NCBI GenBank assembly: GCA_963833095.1
Contig: CAWHWQ010000003.1
Span: 1-64,000 of the forward strand
Length of the DNA: 64,000 bases
Origin: Vulcanimicrobiota bacterium
GTDB taxonomy: Bacteria; Vulcanimicrobiota; Vulcanimicrobiia; Vulcanimicrobiales; Vulcanimicrobiaceae
Direction: 5' to 3'
The notes under the pieces were generated by a model. It saw only the letters and a list, made by a program, of their open reading frames with translations. It had not been told where the DNA came from and made no database searches. The position numbers were made by a program, and so were the translations under genes. Shown one piece after another: positions 63,463 through 64,000 of this stretch; the stretch's first letter is position 1, and each line of letters begins with the position of its first letter.

Positions 63463-64000
63463 GGATGTTGCTGTGCTGCGTGCTGTGCATGCTTCTCTGC
63501 GCGCGGGCGTTTGCCGGATCGAGCAATCTGATCACCATCGACGTTCACGACGCGGACATCAGCGACGTCATTACGCTCCTTGCCGCGCAATCGGGCGCGA
63601 ACATCATGACCGACGCTTCGATCAAGCCGCAGCGAGTGACGATTCATTTGCGCAACGTCACCTTCGACCGGGTGCTCGAGGTGCTGGTTACGGCGAACGG
63701 ACTTGCGGTCCATCGCGTCGGGAACGTCTTGATTGTCGGTTCCGCCGACGCGATGAACCGCCGCTATGTCGAGAATCAACCCAACGCCGGTGCGCAAACC
63801 GTGGTGTTGCGCCTAGCCCATGCGAATGCCGATGACGTTGCCAGGGAAATTGGACCGGCGCTCGCGGTCGGTACCGTGATCGTGCCCGATCGCCGTACGA
63901 GCGCGGTCGTAATCACCGGCGACGCGGATACGGTGGCGCGCGCGCAACGATTGATCGCGGCGCTCGATGCCGCGACCCTGGGCGGGGGAAGCGGAACTCT
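63459..64000 (+). CDS. PilQ/GspD secretin, N-terminal part (runs off the window)
   Basis: Open frame from ATG 63459: signal peptide, ITIDVHDADISDVITLLA (N0/STN) and PDRRTSAVVITG...LIAALD (Secretin_N). Confidence 0.85.
   Translation, partial: MRMLLCCVLCMLLCARAFAGSSNLITIDVHDADISDVITLLAAQSGANIMTDASIKPQRVTIHLRNVTFDRVLEVLVTANGLAVHRVGNVLIVGSADAMNRRYVENQPNAGAQTVVLRLAHANADDVAREIGPALAVGTVIVPDRRTSAVVITGDADTVARAQRLIAALDAATLGGGSGT

Noticed and set aside
1..64000. tRNA or rRNA genes
   Set aside because: I recognised no cloverleaf or rRNA-like segment by eye. tRNAscan-SE and Infernal were not run.

Overview
GC-rich bacterial chromosome segment from a diderm organism (two secretins). The gene style is reminiscent of Ca. 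Eremiobacterota/Vulcanimicrobiota, which is an unverified impression. Many essential genes (dnaE, ftsA, ftsZ, sdhA, thyX) carry single-base frameshifts, so most indels are probably assembly errors. 1-11.3 kb holds metabolic and secreted enzymes: a GH64 lipoprotein, a PQQ-type dehydrogenase, PPi-PFK, pckA, a DmpA peptidase and an aldehyde dehydrogenase. 11.4-35.3 kb is the most unusual part. A small LuxR-type gene and a stand-alone secretin sit next to a divergent signal-peptide-bearing Rhs toxin, with a double palindrome between them. About 14 kb of orphan Rhs-CT/immunity cassettes follow. The array is punctuated by four IS3-family elements and four truncated, diverged copies of the promoter plus 5' end of the TPR/ATP-grasp gene that closes it. 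35.3-54 kb holds a divergent pair of paralogous unknown proteins, a CCG-anchored (type E) succinate dehydrogenase, a GAF-GGDEF protein, dnaE, a HisD homolog lacking catalytic histidines, ftsQ/ftsA/ftsZ split by an MCP block, and thyX. 54.1-64 kb is a type IV pilus operon with an embedded alternative sigma factor and a CcdA/DsbD-like gene. All family assignments come from motif recognition by eye; no searches were run.
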